Source: Balanoglossus misakiensis
Taxonomy: Eukaryota; Animalia; Hemichordata
Direction: 5' to 3'
Assembly (NCBI GenBank): GCA_040954595.2
Contig: CM082584.2
Location: forward strand, 7,087,919 to 7,151,918
Length of the DNA: 64,000 nucleotides
The position numbers and the translations under genes were made by a program. Shown one piece after another: positions 13,901-27,800 of this stretch. Numbering within the stretch: position 1 is the stretch's first letter; the number at the start of each line of letters is the position of its first letter. The notes under the pieces are model-generated. The model was not told the DNA's origin and ran no database searches. It worked only from the letters and a program-made list of their open reading frames with translations.

Positions 13901-16900
13901 TCAGTGTGTTTGTACATGTAAACTTACAAAATTGCAAAGCCAATTGCATGAGGTAGTGCCATTTTGATGTGTTTCTATCATGTCTAGGAATTTGGGTCGG
14001 GTGTGTTTAGGGTGCAGTTTAGTTGTACATAAACCCCCTGGATTAATTTGAATCATATAAGATTGTGAGATTTATCACATATGGATAATAATTGTCTTTC
14101 TTTCTCTGTTTCATAGTTGTCAAGCTTCCAGAACCTATAGTAGAACCGGAAAAACCATGTGGTGGAAACTATACTACCAAAGATGGAAATGTAGTTGTAA
14201 TCACATCTCCAAATTACCCAGACTTTTATGACCACAATTCAGTAAGTTCCTTTGGACTGCATTTGCCAATGCAAAAGTTTATATTTTTCTCATTTAGAAA
14301 CGCTTAATTCGTCACCATTCATTATATATTAGAATTACATTTACATGTTCTAACTGTTTAGGTTTTAGCATTCCAAATCAGTTAACACACACTTGACTGT
14401 AGTAAATCATGGAAACAATCCTGTTCCTATAAATATTGACATCTGCTTTCCATATCTTCTCAACAGTACTGCGAATGGTTTGTAGAAGCCTCAGCTGAAG
14501 ACAAGGTGCTCATAGTACACATCCGTGACTTTTTCACCGAGCGATGGTTTGATATTCTGGACATCGGAGAAGGCAGTGAAGTCGATGAATCACTGGTACA
14601 TAGTATCTCTGGTTTCCTTGCTCCATTTGAATACTGGACATCATCTACACATCAGCTGTGGCTGACATTTACAACTGATAGCACTTTCAGATATAGAGGA
14701 TTCTACCTTGAAATTGAAGAAGTTGATCAAGGTAATGAATGCCATATTTGTTTAGGATATGTTTCATCCTATATGGTGTGCAAAACACCAGCTAGACAAC
14801 AGGTTTTTTTCCCGATTCTGTGTATAAACGTTCCTAGACTCACCGATATAAAAATCTCCCTTTTACATTTGTACTATAGTACTTAACACATTCCATCCCT
14901 TCTACAGAAACAGCAGTACCAACACCGAAGCCATTACCAACAGAAGATCCACCAGAAGCCAGACCATGTGGTGAGAACTACACAATACCAGCCAATGGCT
15001 ATCTGAATCTGACATCACCAAACTATCCTGACGACTACGAGAATGATCTGAACTGTGTGTGGTACTATGACACAGAGACTGGGAACAGAATCAGTGTCTC
15101 CTTCATCTTCTTTGACACGGAGTACTGCCATGATTGGTTGGAAGTTGGAAACGGAGACAACCACAAGGAGTTATTGACTTCTATTGTTAGAGTGTCTGGT
15201 GATTATTCGAGTGGTCCACCTGAGTCTGTCTCATCCACTGGTAGTAGAGTGTGGGTGACATTTACATCAGACTATTCTGAGACCAGACAAGGTTTCCACA
15301 TTCAGTTGAGGGAAATCTCTACAGGTAAGTAATTGGTGTTCATATCTTCTGCAATTGAATATGAAATCAGAAGTTATGTTAGATCATTGACTCTGAAATT
15401 TTATGAAAATTGCTTAACCTACACTTGTGTGAATATTTGCAGACCAAGGTTATACTTTGTGTTGTGTTTCTTTTCAGATCCAGATTGTGGTGATTCCCAT
15501 GTTCTTCCTGGAACTGTTGGATCCTCCGTAGCGATCACATCACGTAACTACCCAAGCAATTATGACAGCAATGAACACTGTCTATGGAACATCAACATTG
15601 ATGATCAGAGTTCAGAAGATCTGCATATTTACTTCCGTGTGACCGAGTTGGATACAGAGGCCAACTTTGATTGGTTGGAAGTTGGCTCTGGGTCAGATGA
15701 GTTGGATTACTCCTCCTTGTTGTATCGTTTCTCTGGAAATCAAGAAGGAGAGTCTTACTTCACAGACCAGACAGATTTGTGGTCTGTGTGGACAAGTGAT
15801 CTCTCAAACACTGGTAGAGGGTTCAATGTCACCTACTTCACAGGTAAATATGCAACTGTTGTTTAATGAATTTGTGTGTAATGCATTTGTCAGATATGCC
15901 ACTATTAGCATATTGATCTATTTCTCTTCTGTATGTCAGATTAGCCTGTATTAGAATGTTGAAGTCTTTCTCTTTTGTATGCTTTGCCTTCTGCATATAT
16001 TCTTTCGTAAAATGATGTGCTGAAAAGCTTAATGCATTTCTCATCATCTCTCACACAGTTGTACCATGTGGTGGACATTTGAACGCACCCGATGAAATCA
16101 CATCTCCATTATTCCCAATGAACTATCCACATGGAAGTTCCTGTTCATGGAATATCCATGTCAGCGCTGGCAGTCTCATTGAAATCGTATTCCATGATTT
16201 CCATCTGGAAGATGGTTATGATTATCTCTACATCTATGAAGGAACAAGTGAAGACACTACTGCTGTTGTGGTGAGAACCGTTTTGCTGTGTGTCGTTAAT
16301 AATTCAACACTCATTGGCAAATGCCACTGATTGTGGCATATGATTCGATCAGTTTAGTCAAAATTCATATCTGCAGTTCTTGACAGAAAAATAATTTTCT
16401 TTGTAACATCTGACAGGAGTTGACAGGAGAGGAGATACCCAAGACTACAATCATCAATTCAGACGCTGCACTATTAGTTTTTACCTCTGACATCACAATC
16501 AGTGGAGGTGGATTCAGACTGTCATTCAATGAATACAATGAAGGTATGAACATGAGTGTAATTCTTAGTTATCACAACTAAAAAAATATTATTGAATCTA
16601 TACTCTTTATACAACTCAGTTTCCATAATTTAAGAACAAATCAGTCTGTAGATGAGTATATTCATAAATGAAGAATATCATTCACCCCAGGAGTATGTAT
16701 TGATTGACATCATTATATAATGTAATAAGAACCATTTATCAACTACTTGTTATTTCTATTCACAGATATCTTGCCTGCCAAACCCTGCGGTGGTAATTAC
16801 GAAGCCAAATATGACTCAATCCTGGTAATCCAGTCCCCCAATTACCCATCCAACTATTATGACAGTGACCTCTGTCGCTGGAACATCACTTCACCAGAAA

Positions 16901-17551
16901 ACACCAGAATGACGGTGACTTTCCGAGACTTTGTGACAGAAGATGGCTATGATTGGGTGGATATTGGAGATGGTTTAGATGATAGTGACATAACGACTAG
17001 GGTTCTTCATCATTCTGGAGAAACACTACCATCACCCCTTATGTCCATGGATACAGAACTGTGGATAAGCTTCATCAGTGATGAAGATAATAATTACAAA
17101 GGATTCCTACTGCAGATTGAAGTCATCAATGATAGTGAGTGCTTCTACAGAAGTTTCATCTTTTGAGTGGCAAAAATATTCAATTAGATTTTGAAGAAGG
17201 ATTTCTTAAAAGTCTGGGAATAAACTAAAATCTGGCAATTTATATGATACAGAATTCTCCAGTTCATGTTTCCATTGTCTGTAACTACCAATATTTTGTC
17301 CATTTCAGCTGAGACATCTGAACCAAAGCCGACTGTACCACCCAGTCCAACACCAGTAACTCCACCAGTCTGTGGTGAGCATATCATTGTCCCAGCGGTG
17401 GGAGAGATAGAGGTGATTTCTCCAAACTATCCCGATGCAAACTATGACAACAATCTGCACTGTGAATGGACAGTGAATACCACAACACCTGGTAGAAGAA
17501 TTCGAGTGAATTTCCTGGATTTCAGTACAGAACGCAGGTAAGCATAGGCGC

Positions 17552-17593
<42 letters not shown>

Positions 17594-20500
17594 TGATTGA
17601 TTGAAATTTTGGGAGTAATGGCGGTTTTTATGTCTCATGAGTATTTGTGTTAATTCCTGTAATCATAATGTTATTTTCAGATTTGATTACCTGGAACTGG
17701 GTGATGGTATGGACTCATCAATCCGTCGGTCACTGGTCAGAAGAGAGTCTGGAACAAGGTTACCACGACCACACACAACACTGACTGATCAGATGTGGTT
17801 ATTATTCATCACTGATAATTCCATCACCTATCCAGGCTTTAGATTGACACTGCAAGAAGAACAAGGTAGTCAGGATTTCACAATGAATACCTCTGATATC
17901 GTATATGTTAATGTTGTTAGATTGCAATTTAACAACTTCAATTTTGGTTTATGGCTGGTGCCATACTACTGGTAGAGCTGTGATTTTCAATCATTTTTGA
18001 TTTGAAACACCTGAGAGTGATTTAATCTTGCATTTTTGATCTCACGATCTCCTCTTTTCATCCTGTCCAGACTGTATCAATGAAACTGTACATATTCCAT
18101 CTGGTGGTGTTGCAAGAATACAATCACCATACTATCCCAATGTTTATGATCACAATACATTCTGTGAGTGGAAGGTGACTGCAGAGGCTGGACACAACAT
18201 ACATGCAGTTGTCAATGAATTTGACACAGGTAAGCCAAAAAAGATTTAATGGGCTCAATTTTTATTCCTGGCGACAATTAGAATTGTTTTTTTGTCAGAT
18301 TTTTATCTTACAACAATGAAATTATGTGTGTCACTTTTTGAACGATTTTTTTTGTCTTATAATATCACACCATAAAAATAACCATTCTTTTTCCTTGAAA
18401 CACAGAGTTGGGCTATGACTTTGTGGATGTTGGTTCTGGTCAAAACACTCTTGATCTGACGACAAGAATGTTACATGTCGCTGGTTACTCTGACCCGACC
18501 ACTTTCTACACTGGTACTGATCAGATTTGGATGACCTTCATATCTGACAACACAATTGCCAGGAGAGGATTTCAGATTGATCTCTATGATAGTAAGTTGG
18601 CAATATATCACTTCTACACTGTATGTTTGCATTCACATCAACAGCTTCTGTTGCTATGCACATCATTGAATGGTATTTTGTTATTTCGATTTTTTCTTTT
18701 GATTTGAGATCTTTCACAAAATTTTACCAAAATAACATCAATCTGTGGCATTCGTAAATGATTGGCTCTTGAATAAAGATTGTTAACTGTGTGAAAATTG
18801 TTTTATTAAACATCTAATCACATTTTTATCTTCTCCTCAGATGGTTGTCAGAGAATGGATTTCACCTCAGAACCTGGAGTCATCAATTCACCCAACTATC
18901 CCAATGACTATCCCAATCATGCTGACTGTGTGTGGACAATCAGTCTTGGAGAAAACGAGAGAATCAAGATCACTTTCATTGATTTCCATCTTGAATCTGA
19001 CTATGATAGACTGCTGATAGGAGAGGGAACTGATCCAAATTCGGATCAGTATGTGGTAAGTCTTTACTTATATTGGATTTTAGCAGAATGTTCTGTAAAA
19101 TGGTCTAATGTTAATATTGTCATTTGTGTTTTTGTTAACTGAAAGATTTTGTACCATTACAGGAGCTAACGGGTCCAGATCTTCCAGAGCCAATTGTCAG
19201 TAGTGGTAATGAAATGTGGTTACGTTTCCAGACAGACTGGAGTATAGTTAACAAAGGCTTCAATCTAACATATGAATTTGACTGTGAGTACAGTATATTG
19301 TATGTTAATACCAGCAAAACATATCGAGATTTCATTGGTGTCTCACTGACGAACTTTGATAGAGATACATACAGACTAGGAGAGAGTTTTGTGATGTTCA
19401 TAGACTTTTGTTGTAACATGTTTGTGATTATTTTGTAGGCATAGAAGGTTATGAAAAACACTGGGTTGGTGAGGATGCAAGATGCTACAAATTTGTCAAT
19501 GATCCCAAACCCTGGAATGAAAGCAGAGAAGATTGCCTGGCTACTGAAAATGGTGATCTTGTCATCATCAATGATCAGACAGAAGTGGAACTTGTCAGCA
19601 GAGAAATGAACACTAACAAATATTGGATAGGTTACAGTGACATTTCAGTGGAGGGTAGATGGAGATGGATAGATTGCAGAGACTCCTCAGAATGGGATCT
19701 TGGCAACTGGGCCCCTGGGCAACCATCCAATGGTACTGATGAAGACTGTGCTGTTGTTGATGCTGATAATAAATGGCAAGATGAAGTCTGTAGTGATGCT
19801 TTCCCATATGTCTGTGAACTCAATCCGAAAGGTAAATACACTGTTAACTTTATAGAGGAATACCTGGTAGTATTCATATGAGATAACTCATTTTCTTAAA
19901 TGCAGCTGTTATTGAATTACAACTTGACAGCAGCAGTGTCCAAAATTGACATCAAATGAATTTCTTTCAGAGTTCAACTGGGATGATGCTAATGTCCAGG
20001 CTGTGTATGCAGAAGGCATCTCACCATATGCAGTCCATGTCACCTGGGATGTGTCCGAGTACAACTGTGATGTGATTGGCTATCAAGTCAGATACAGGAG
20101 AGATGATTGGCTGGGAGGTTATTCCTATGTGTATGTGGTGGGTGGTGACAGGGATGAAGTCACTCTGACAGACTTGGAAAGTTCCACCACTTATGTGGTG
20201 TATGTGGCTGCAGATACAACCAGGCAACTTTTGGACTATGTCGGACCAGCCTATGCACAGACCCATGAAGGTTAGAGAGATCTGTATTCTTTGCTGAACT
20301 ACATGTAGTCTTAGAGAATCATGTGTGTCAAAATTATGCAAAACTGTTTGTAATAATCATCTAGTTATGGAATAATTTGGTTACAGTGGTAGAAAAGATC
20401 AAAATTTTCTGCATACAAAATAATTGTGACAATTTTGTGCTGTGTCATTTCTGCAGTAATCAAACCACCGGAGCCCACAGAGCCATCACTGAAGCCATGT

Positions 20501-23500
20501 GGTTCAAACTACACAACTAAAGAAGACATGCTTGTCCAGATCACATCTCCCAATCACCCAGAGGACTATGACAATGATGACGTAAGTGAAATTTCGCCTG
20601 TCCCACTTGTGCTGGTCCACTGCTATCTATAGTACGAAAAAGCGAAAAGAAAACTTTCAGCCACAGATCAGATATTAAATAATCTTTGTTCTCATCCATC
20701 CAGTATTGCGAGTGGTTCATCGCCGCATCCTCACCGGGTAGCACCTTGGTGGTGTATCTCCGAGAGCTGAGAACCGAAACGTTTTTCGACTGGCTGGACA
20801 TTGGTGAAGGCAGCGACAACACAGACTTGGACACCAGGGAGCACCACATCTCTGGCTTCTTCAGGCCGTTCAGGATGTGGCAGTCAGAGACCGATAAATT
20901 GTGGATCACTTTCACCTCAGACCAGTCCATCGCTTTCAGGGGATTTGTGTTGGAGATAGAAGAGACTCAAACAGGTAAAGAAGTAGTTCACTGCAAGTTG
21001 TGTCAATAACATGTCAACCAACAATGGCTTTGTAATCCTGTAAGCTGTTCAGATATGCCTGAAGTTGACATTAAATTGACTCAGATGTTACATTTGTGTA
21101 TGTATTTCATTCATAATGCACCCATTGTTGCTGTTAAGCTGTCTCAGAACCTCATATCAAAAAAGCAGCCAGTAAGATGGTGAAATATTTACATAGAGTG
21201 AAATAATGTTCTCCTAGTTTATCTCTATGTATACCACACAATTCCATCATCTGTTTTCCCTAATTGTGTACTGTTATGTGGTCTTTTCATAAGGCATGTC
21301 AATAATAATTTACCAATTTTTTTCTACTAACTGTATTTGTTTAATCACATTTAAAGAGGGTTGTTTGGTTTAAATTAGCCGACATTGGTATGCATCACTC
21401 ATTTTAAGCATATCACATCTCTTTATTTCCCAACCACAGAAATTCCGACTGACAAACCAATACCAACTGAAACACCAACCACAGAGCCATGTGGTGGCAA
21501 CATAACCGTCCCAGCTGATGGCTACATCGACTTGACATCGCCAGACTACCCAGACAGATATTCCGACGACTTGTCCTGTGTTTGGCACATCAGTACCTCC
21601 ACCAGTCTGCGAATCAACGCCACATTCATTGACCTTGAAACCGAAGAGTACTTTGATTGGGTCGAGCTCGGGAACGGGCATGACCACACCGACCTGACCA
21701 CCAGTGGATTGAGAGTGTCTGGCAGTGAGATTCCAAGCCCGTTCTATTCGACTGGGGACAAAGCGTGGGTGACATTCACCACGGATTCAGACACTAACAT
21801 GAGAGGCTTCCATCTTGTTCTAAGGGAGATTGTACCAGAAGGTAAAGTATATTTCTGCCAATTTCAGACAGCAGGGAAATATGCCCATCGACATATTCAG
21901 AAATAGATTCTACATGCATGTTATAGTGCTAAAACTATTGCTTCCATAAAATTTAATCAACTCTGTACAATTTCATATGATCTGGGTGTCTCTACCGCAA
22001 TTGGAATGAATGTTATGTTCACGTTGTCATTGGTATATACAATAGCTCTCAGCTGCCATATTGAAACGAAAGTACAGTATTTGAATGTAAGATAATGTGC
22101 ATGAAAAACATCTTTGTTGATTTTGTCTACATATTTGGTGTATCTTTTCTCTACATTGTTTTCTAGCCTTATTAAAATATATCATGTGTATTACCATTGG
22201 ATATTTTTCTTTCTTTAGATGATCAATGCAGATACAATGAGATAATTGACTCCGAAGACGGGACAACAGTCACATCTCCTGGGTATCCAGGCCAATACGA
22301 CAACAACGAATTCTGTTCAGGGACTGTCTCTGTGTCCGAGGAATACACAGGCAAACACATCTACCTGCAGATCAACAGCTTCGACACCGAAAGGAACTAT
22401 GATCTCCTACACGTTGGCGCGCTGGGTGATTTAGTGCCAAACTTGCTGTTCCTTTTCTCGGGTTCTGATGTGACGGGGACTTTTGCGACCAAGGAAGAAG
22501 TCTTGCAGCTGGTATGGAGCACAGATGATGATACCACTGAAGATGGGTTTTCTATTACATTCCATGCAGGTTTGTCTCATTTATCAACAGTTTATAACTG
22601 AGTTGAGATGTGTACTAAATGTATACAAATATACACTCACATTCGAACCTTACATGTTCACTGGTTTGCAACAATGCATACATATATCTTTCTCTCTTGA
22701 AAGATTGATTATTTAAGAACATTGCCTATATCAGTCATATGTCGATATTATAGTATGGCTTAGAATGTCAGAGAATGTAGAGAATTGATAGATTTCTTAT
22801 TTTTGTTTCCATCCATAGTTGATCCGTGTGGATATACCGTAGCTGCACCCACCGGAAACATCTCATCTCCCTTTTTCCCGAACAACTACCCACATGCCAG
22901 TGATTGCCTCTGGAATATTCAGGTCTCAGCAGGCATGGCAATCCAGCTGACTTTCCATGTGTTTGATCTGGAAGAGAGCTTTGATTTCTTGCGCATTGGA
23001 GGAGGTTCAAGTCAAAACCCACTCATTGTAAGTTCCACATAGCAATTTTGTAGTTCTTACAAAACCCAATTATAAAATGAATGTAAGCATTAACTTTTTA
23101 TAATAAAAGCATGCAAAACACAATGCAAGCAGATTCCATTGTATACATAGCTACATCTTTACCACATACAGAAGTCTCCAATGCCCCAAAGATGGAAATT
23201 GAATAAGTATGACAGAACACCTAATTTGACCCAATACAATTAAAATATGAAACAAAGAACAGTATTAGAATAATGCTTTGTAGCAGTCTATTGGCGGAGT
23301 TTTGGAATGGTCTTGCATTGACCGAGAAAAGTCAAAATTATTCAGTATTGACTGACAGCAAAACGATTTTCACTTTCATTATCATTTCAATGCAAAAATG
23401 GGAAATATTGTTTTCATTCTCTCTCAGGAGTTGACTGGTTCTGCACTGCCAAAGGTTGAAATCATCAATGAAGACAGTGCCTGGCTTCATTTGACTTCTG

Positions 23501-24839
23501 ACCTCTCAGAAGATGGTGCTGGTTTCTATGTTACCTTTGAAGAATATGAAGAAGGTTTGTTTCTAGGTCATCTTTATCAAGTCCAAAAAATCTTTGAGAC
23601 AATATTGAATGTTTGTGACAAAGTTGGAATCTGCGTAATGTTCTACTTGAGCTGACATTATTATTCTTAAGTTTAATATGTTTGAATTTGTATGTATTAA
23701 ATTAATTCTATGTTATCTCTCACTGTCTATTGTGATACATTGTGATACTGAGGGTGAGGTTTTTGTGTTCTCTGAAAAATGTTGCTTAGTGTCACGTTAA
23801 TAGATTTGATGCCTAAAATTGATGGCAACAAGAAGTTAATTTATGACCGACAGAGCAGCAAACTTGTGTGAATTTTCATTCGTCATTGATGATTGACGTG
23901 TCGATCATTCGATTTCTGTTCACAGAGATCATCACTGGAAAGGAGTGTGGCGGCAACCTCACGGGCAAACTGGGATCACTTCTGATGGTCCAGTCTCCGA
24001 ACCACCCCTCCAACTACTTCGACAGCGACTACTGCCTGTGGAACATCACAGCATCGGACCCGGACAACAGACTCTTTGTGTTCTTCAGATTCTTCCACAC
24101 AGAGCTGGGGCACGACTGGCTGGACATCGGCAACGGTCTCGACGAGACTGATCTGTCGACCAGGTTCAGACGCCATTCGGGTGACAACCGACCCACAGAA
24201 TTTGTGTCGGAGACGAGTGAATTGTGGATGACATTTATCACAGACTTCTCCATCAACTACAGAGGTTTCCTGATCTTCATTGAGGAGAGAAATGACAGTG
24301 AGTAAACGGTTTACACTAATGTTTAACTTTGTAAGTTGTCTTTTTTATGTATGATTACTGAAAATTTAATGGGAATGCACTCAGTGAGAAATGTTTATAG
24401 GTTCATTGTATTTAGCAGTGGAATGTGGTTCTCGTATGTACATCTTACCTTCTGAGTATAATTTGTTGAATGTTGTTTTTCATCAAATTTGCAGTGAACT
24501 TATAATCTTCTAACCTACAGTAATATTTTTTAATCAAAGTTTATTTTATCCACATTTTCAGCGGACACAACAACACCTCGGCCACCAGTGATGACCACAT
24601 CTGCTCCTCCACAACCAACGTCCCCGGCAACCACACCGACGCCATCTTGTGGCCAACATTACGTTGTGCCGTCTGTTGGAAGTATCACAGTCACATCTCC
24701 AGGCTATCCTGATGATTACGAAAATGACCTGTTGTGCGAATGGACCGTTGAAACGGAGGGAGGCAGGCGTGTTAGGGTAGATGTTGTGGACTTCAAAACT
24801 GAAAAGAGGTAATTCTGAATAGTTCAGTTCCACTGCTGC

Positions 24840-24876
<37 letters not shown>

Positions 24877-27800
24877 CCAGTGTGAAAGTAATCTGCATAT
24901 TCAGTGATATAGTCCTTACTTCAGTTCCTTTGTGAGCATCACCCCATTTGACCTGTTGTGGTTGACAAGTTTATATACATGTACAAAGCATAGCATAGTT
25001 TAATTAGAAAAAATGTCCTGTCAGACCAAACCAAGAAATAACTATATTTCTGTTATAGTGTAAACAGTTTCAGAATGTGGTTGTGTTGATGATTAAATAA
25101 AAAATGAATGCACTCTGACGAAATGATCCTGTTGTAGATACACAGAGTGAAAGTGGATTTTGAAGGATACAAGATGGACACTGTGTCAATACTATTCACT
25201 TTGAATGGCTGCAAGCTTTTTTACTAATAGCCCATGTTACCACTTGTTTCAGATATGACTACCTTGATTTTGGTGACGGTATGGATCTGTATGATGGAGA
25301 CAGCAAATTCCGACAACTAGATGGAAAGGAAGACCCGCATGTGTTCACAACTGCTACCAATGAGATGTGGATGAGATTCGTGACTGACCACAGGAAGACA
25401 TACCGAGGTTTCACCATTGAACTCAGTGAAGAAAATGGTATGAAAATGAAAATATTTTGATGAAAATTATATGTTTTTAAGAGGAGTTCTGGACAGCTGA
25501 TCCCAGAGTACTGCCCAGTTGTTGATCTGTAGTGGGCTGTGTTGTGCTGTGCTGTGCTGTGCTGTGCTGTACTGTACTGTACTGTACTGTACTGTACTGT
25601 ACTGTACTGTACTGTACTGTACTGTACTGTACTGTACTGTACTGTACTGTACTGTACTGTACTGTACTGTACTGTGTTGATCTGTACTGTACTGTTCACT
25701 TATAAATTGTCTTTCACTTTCAACAGATTGCATTGACAGTAGGACCATATCAACCGGAGGCATGGAAACTGTGACTTCACCAAACTATGACGACGACTAC
25801 AACAGCGATGAATTCTGTGAGTGGATGGTAGATGCTGATGCAGACAAGAACATCCGTGTCTTCATCAGGGATTTCAGAACGGGTATGTGTCTGAAATAGA
25901 GTACATTGCCAGGGATTAAAAATAAATGATACCAACCCTTGAATACCAATCATGATAAACTTTTCAAAATTATATGGACCTTAGACAATAAAAAGAGACA
26001 GAATGTATCCAATTCACTGGAAATGTTAGGTGTATAAGAACTGGACAAAATATATTCATATGTCTAGTTATATAGTGAGAATTTAGGTTTTGACTGGGCA
26101 TAAGCACCCTCTTCAGTTAATTGACTGCACACCAGACTACAGGTATTGTGAAGTTGGTGTGAAAAAAAACATTGTTTTTCTGGTTTCTGCATCATGGTTA
26201 AGAGTCATTATTGTGGACTTCTGATTTGCTTAAATCCATTTCTCATTTGCAATCTGTGTCTCTTCCACACCAGAAAACAACTACGACTGGCTGGACATTG
26301 GATCCGGTAACAATTCCATGGACGGACTGACAAGACTGGTGCATGAATCGGGAAACCCCGGAAACAAGGAATATGAATTCTTTACACAAAGCAGCCAGGT
26401 CTGGATGACCTTTGACACAGATGGCAGCAAGACTTACAGAGGTTTTGAAGTAGAGTTATATGACGGTGAGTGAAGTCTTTCATGGTGATATATATAATAG
26501 TCAACTCTGATATAAATGTAATGGTTTTGGTGATGTCTGTGAATTTGTATGTGAGTTCATGTGTCTGTACCAACAACTAAACAGTTTTGGTGGGCTTCAA
26601 AAAGTTTCCACTCACTTGCAAAGAGAATGTATTAACTTTTGTTGATAGCGTATTAAAGCTGCTACCTTGAGTGCATTACGCTTAAAGGGGAAATTCAATC
26701 TGGCTGATTTTTACACACGTGCTGGCTTTGGGTTTGACGCATTCTAGGGCTTCATCAGCCTACTGTCTTTTGAATCATGAGGGAAAAAAAACATTTCTAA
26801 TGGGTTTTAACAACTCAGTCTCACATTCTATATCTGAAGTTTTATACGTTTTGACTTTAAATGTTCAAATTCCGTTTTCTCATCAGATGGATGTGTTCAT
26901 GAAGAGCTGACAAACATGACAGGAACAATAACCTCAGCCAACTACCCTGAAGACTACCCACACAACTGCGACTGTATCTGGCAAATTACAATGGATGAGG
27001 GCCAGCTGGTAGAGATAGTATTCAACCATTTTGATCTGGAGAGGAATTACGACTGGCTGTTGATTGGAGAAGGCACAGATCCAAATTCAGATGAATATGT
27101 AGTAAGTACTTACATGTATGGTTTTACTGTTTACAAAGATCAGCTGCAGAACATATGAATATCTTCTGTTCGTGTAATTTCATTGGCTCCTCTGTGCATG
27201 TCTATAAGACTTTCAGTTGTCCAATTTTCATTCCAGATCCAGCACCCTTGTACAGTATTTAACCCCCAAAATCAAAATCATACATCTCGAATATTGTGTA
27301 TTAACTAGCTATTGTTTCATAACAGGCATTCACTGGCAATGATCTACCACGGGACTACATAAGTGAAACTCATCAAGTATGGATACGATTCCAGACTGAC
27401 CTGTCAAAGACAAAGAAAGGCTTTGAACTTTCATACCAAGCATTCCAGTGTAAGTATAAAGAAATATATAAGTGATCTTTTTGGGGTATTTTTATCTGAG
27501 AATGATTTGCTCACCCCATAGAACCTTATCTTGCTTGTCTGTAGCAACTTTTAAGTGCTCTGAAAATTGAAAGACCTTACATGAAATGTCTCTCAACTAG
27601 GCAGTGAAAGATGATTGATAAACAGGATTCAATACATGTTTTTGAATATAAAAACCTACAGGTCCAGATGGTTTTGAGGTTGGCTACAACTATGGCTGCT
27701 ACAGATATGTTGAGAACAACACTGACTGGAATGACGCGAGAAAGGATTGCCAGCAGACTCCAAATGCTGATCTTGTCATCGTCGAAGACGAAGAGGAGTT

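Larger units (their letters stand above)
642..20270 (+). repeat. Near-identical intragenic tandem array of about 3 units, period ~6.3-6.5 kb
   Basis: FN3 exon starts at 642, 6983, 13522 and 19971; CUB1 exon starts at 1082, 7582 and 14117. Exons are almost identical and most introns align. Confidence 0.95.

Noticed and set aside
642-20270. Units 1-3 as a pure assembly artefact
   Set aside because: There are three distinct versions, with different intron indels, microsatellite lengths and an intron presence/absence difference, which two haplotypes cannot easily explain. Read-level data are still needed to exclude it fully.
25259-25763. ORFs with STVQY / VLYCT repeats that look like a repetitive protein
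   Set aside because: They are translations of the intronic (CTGTA)n microsatellite.
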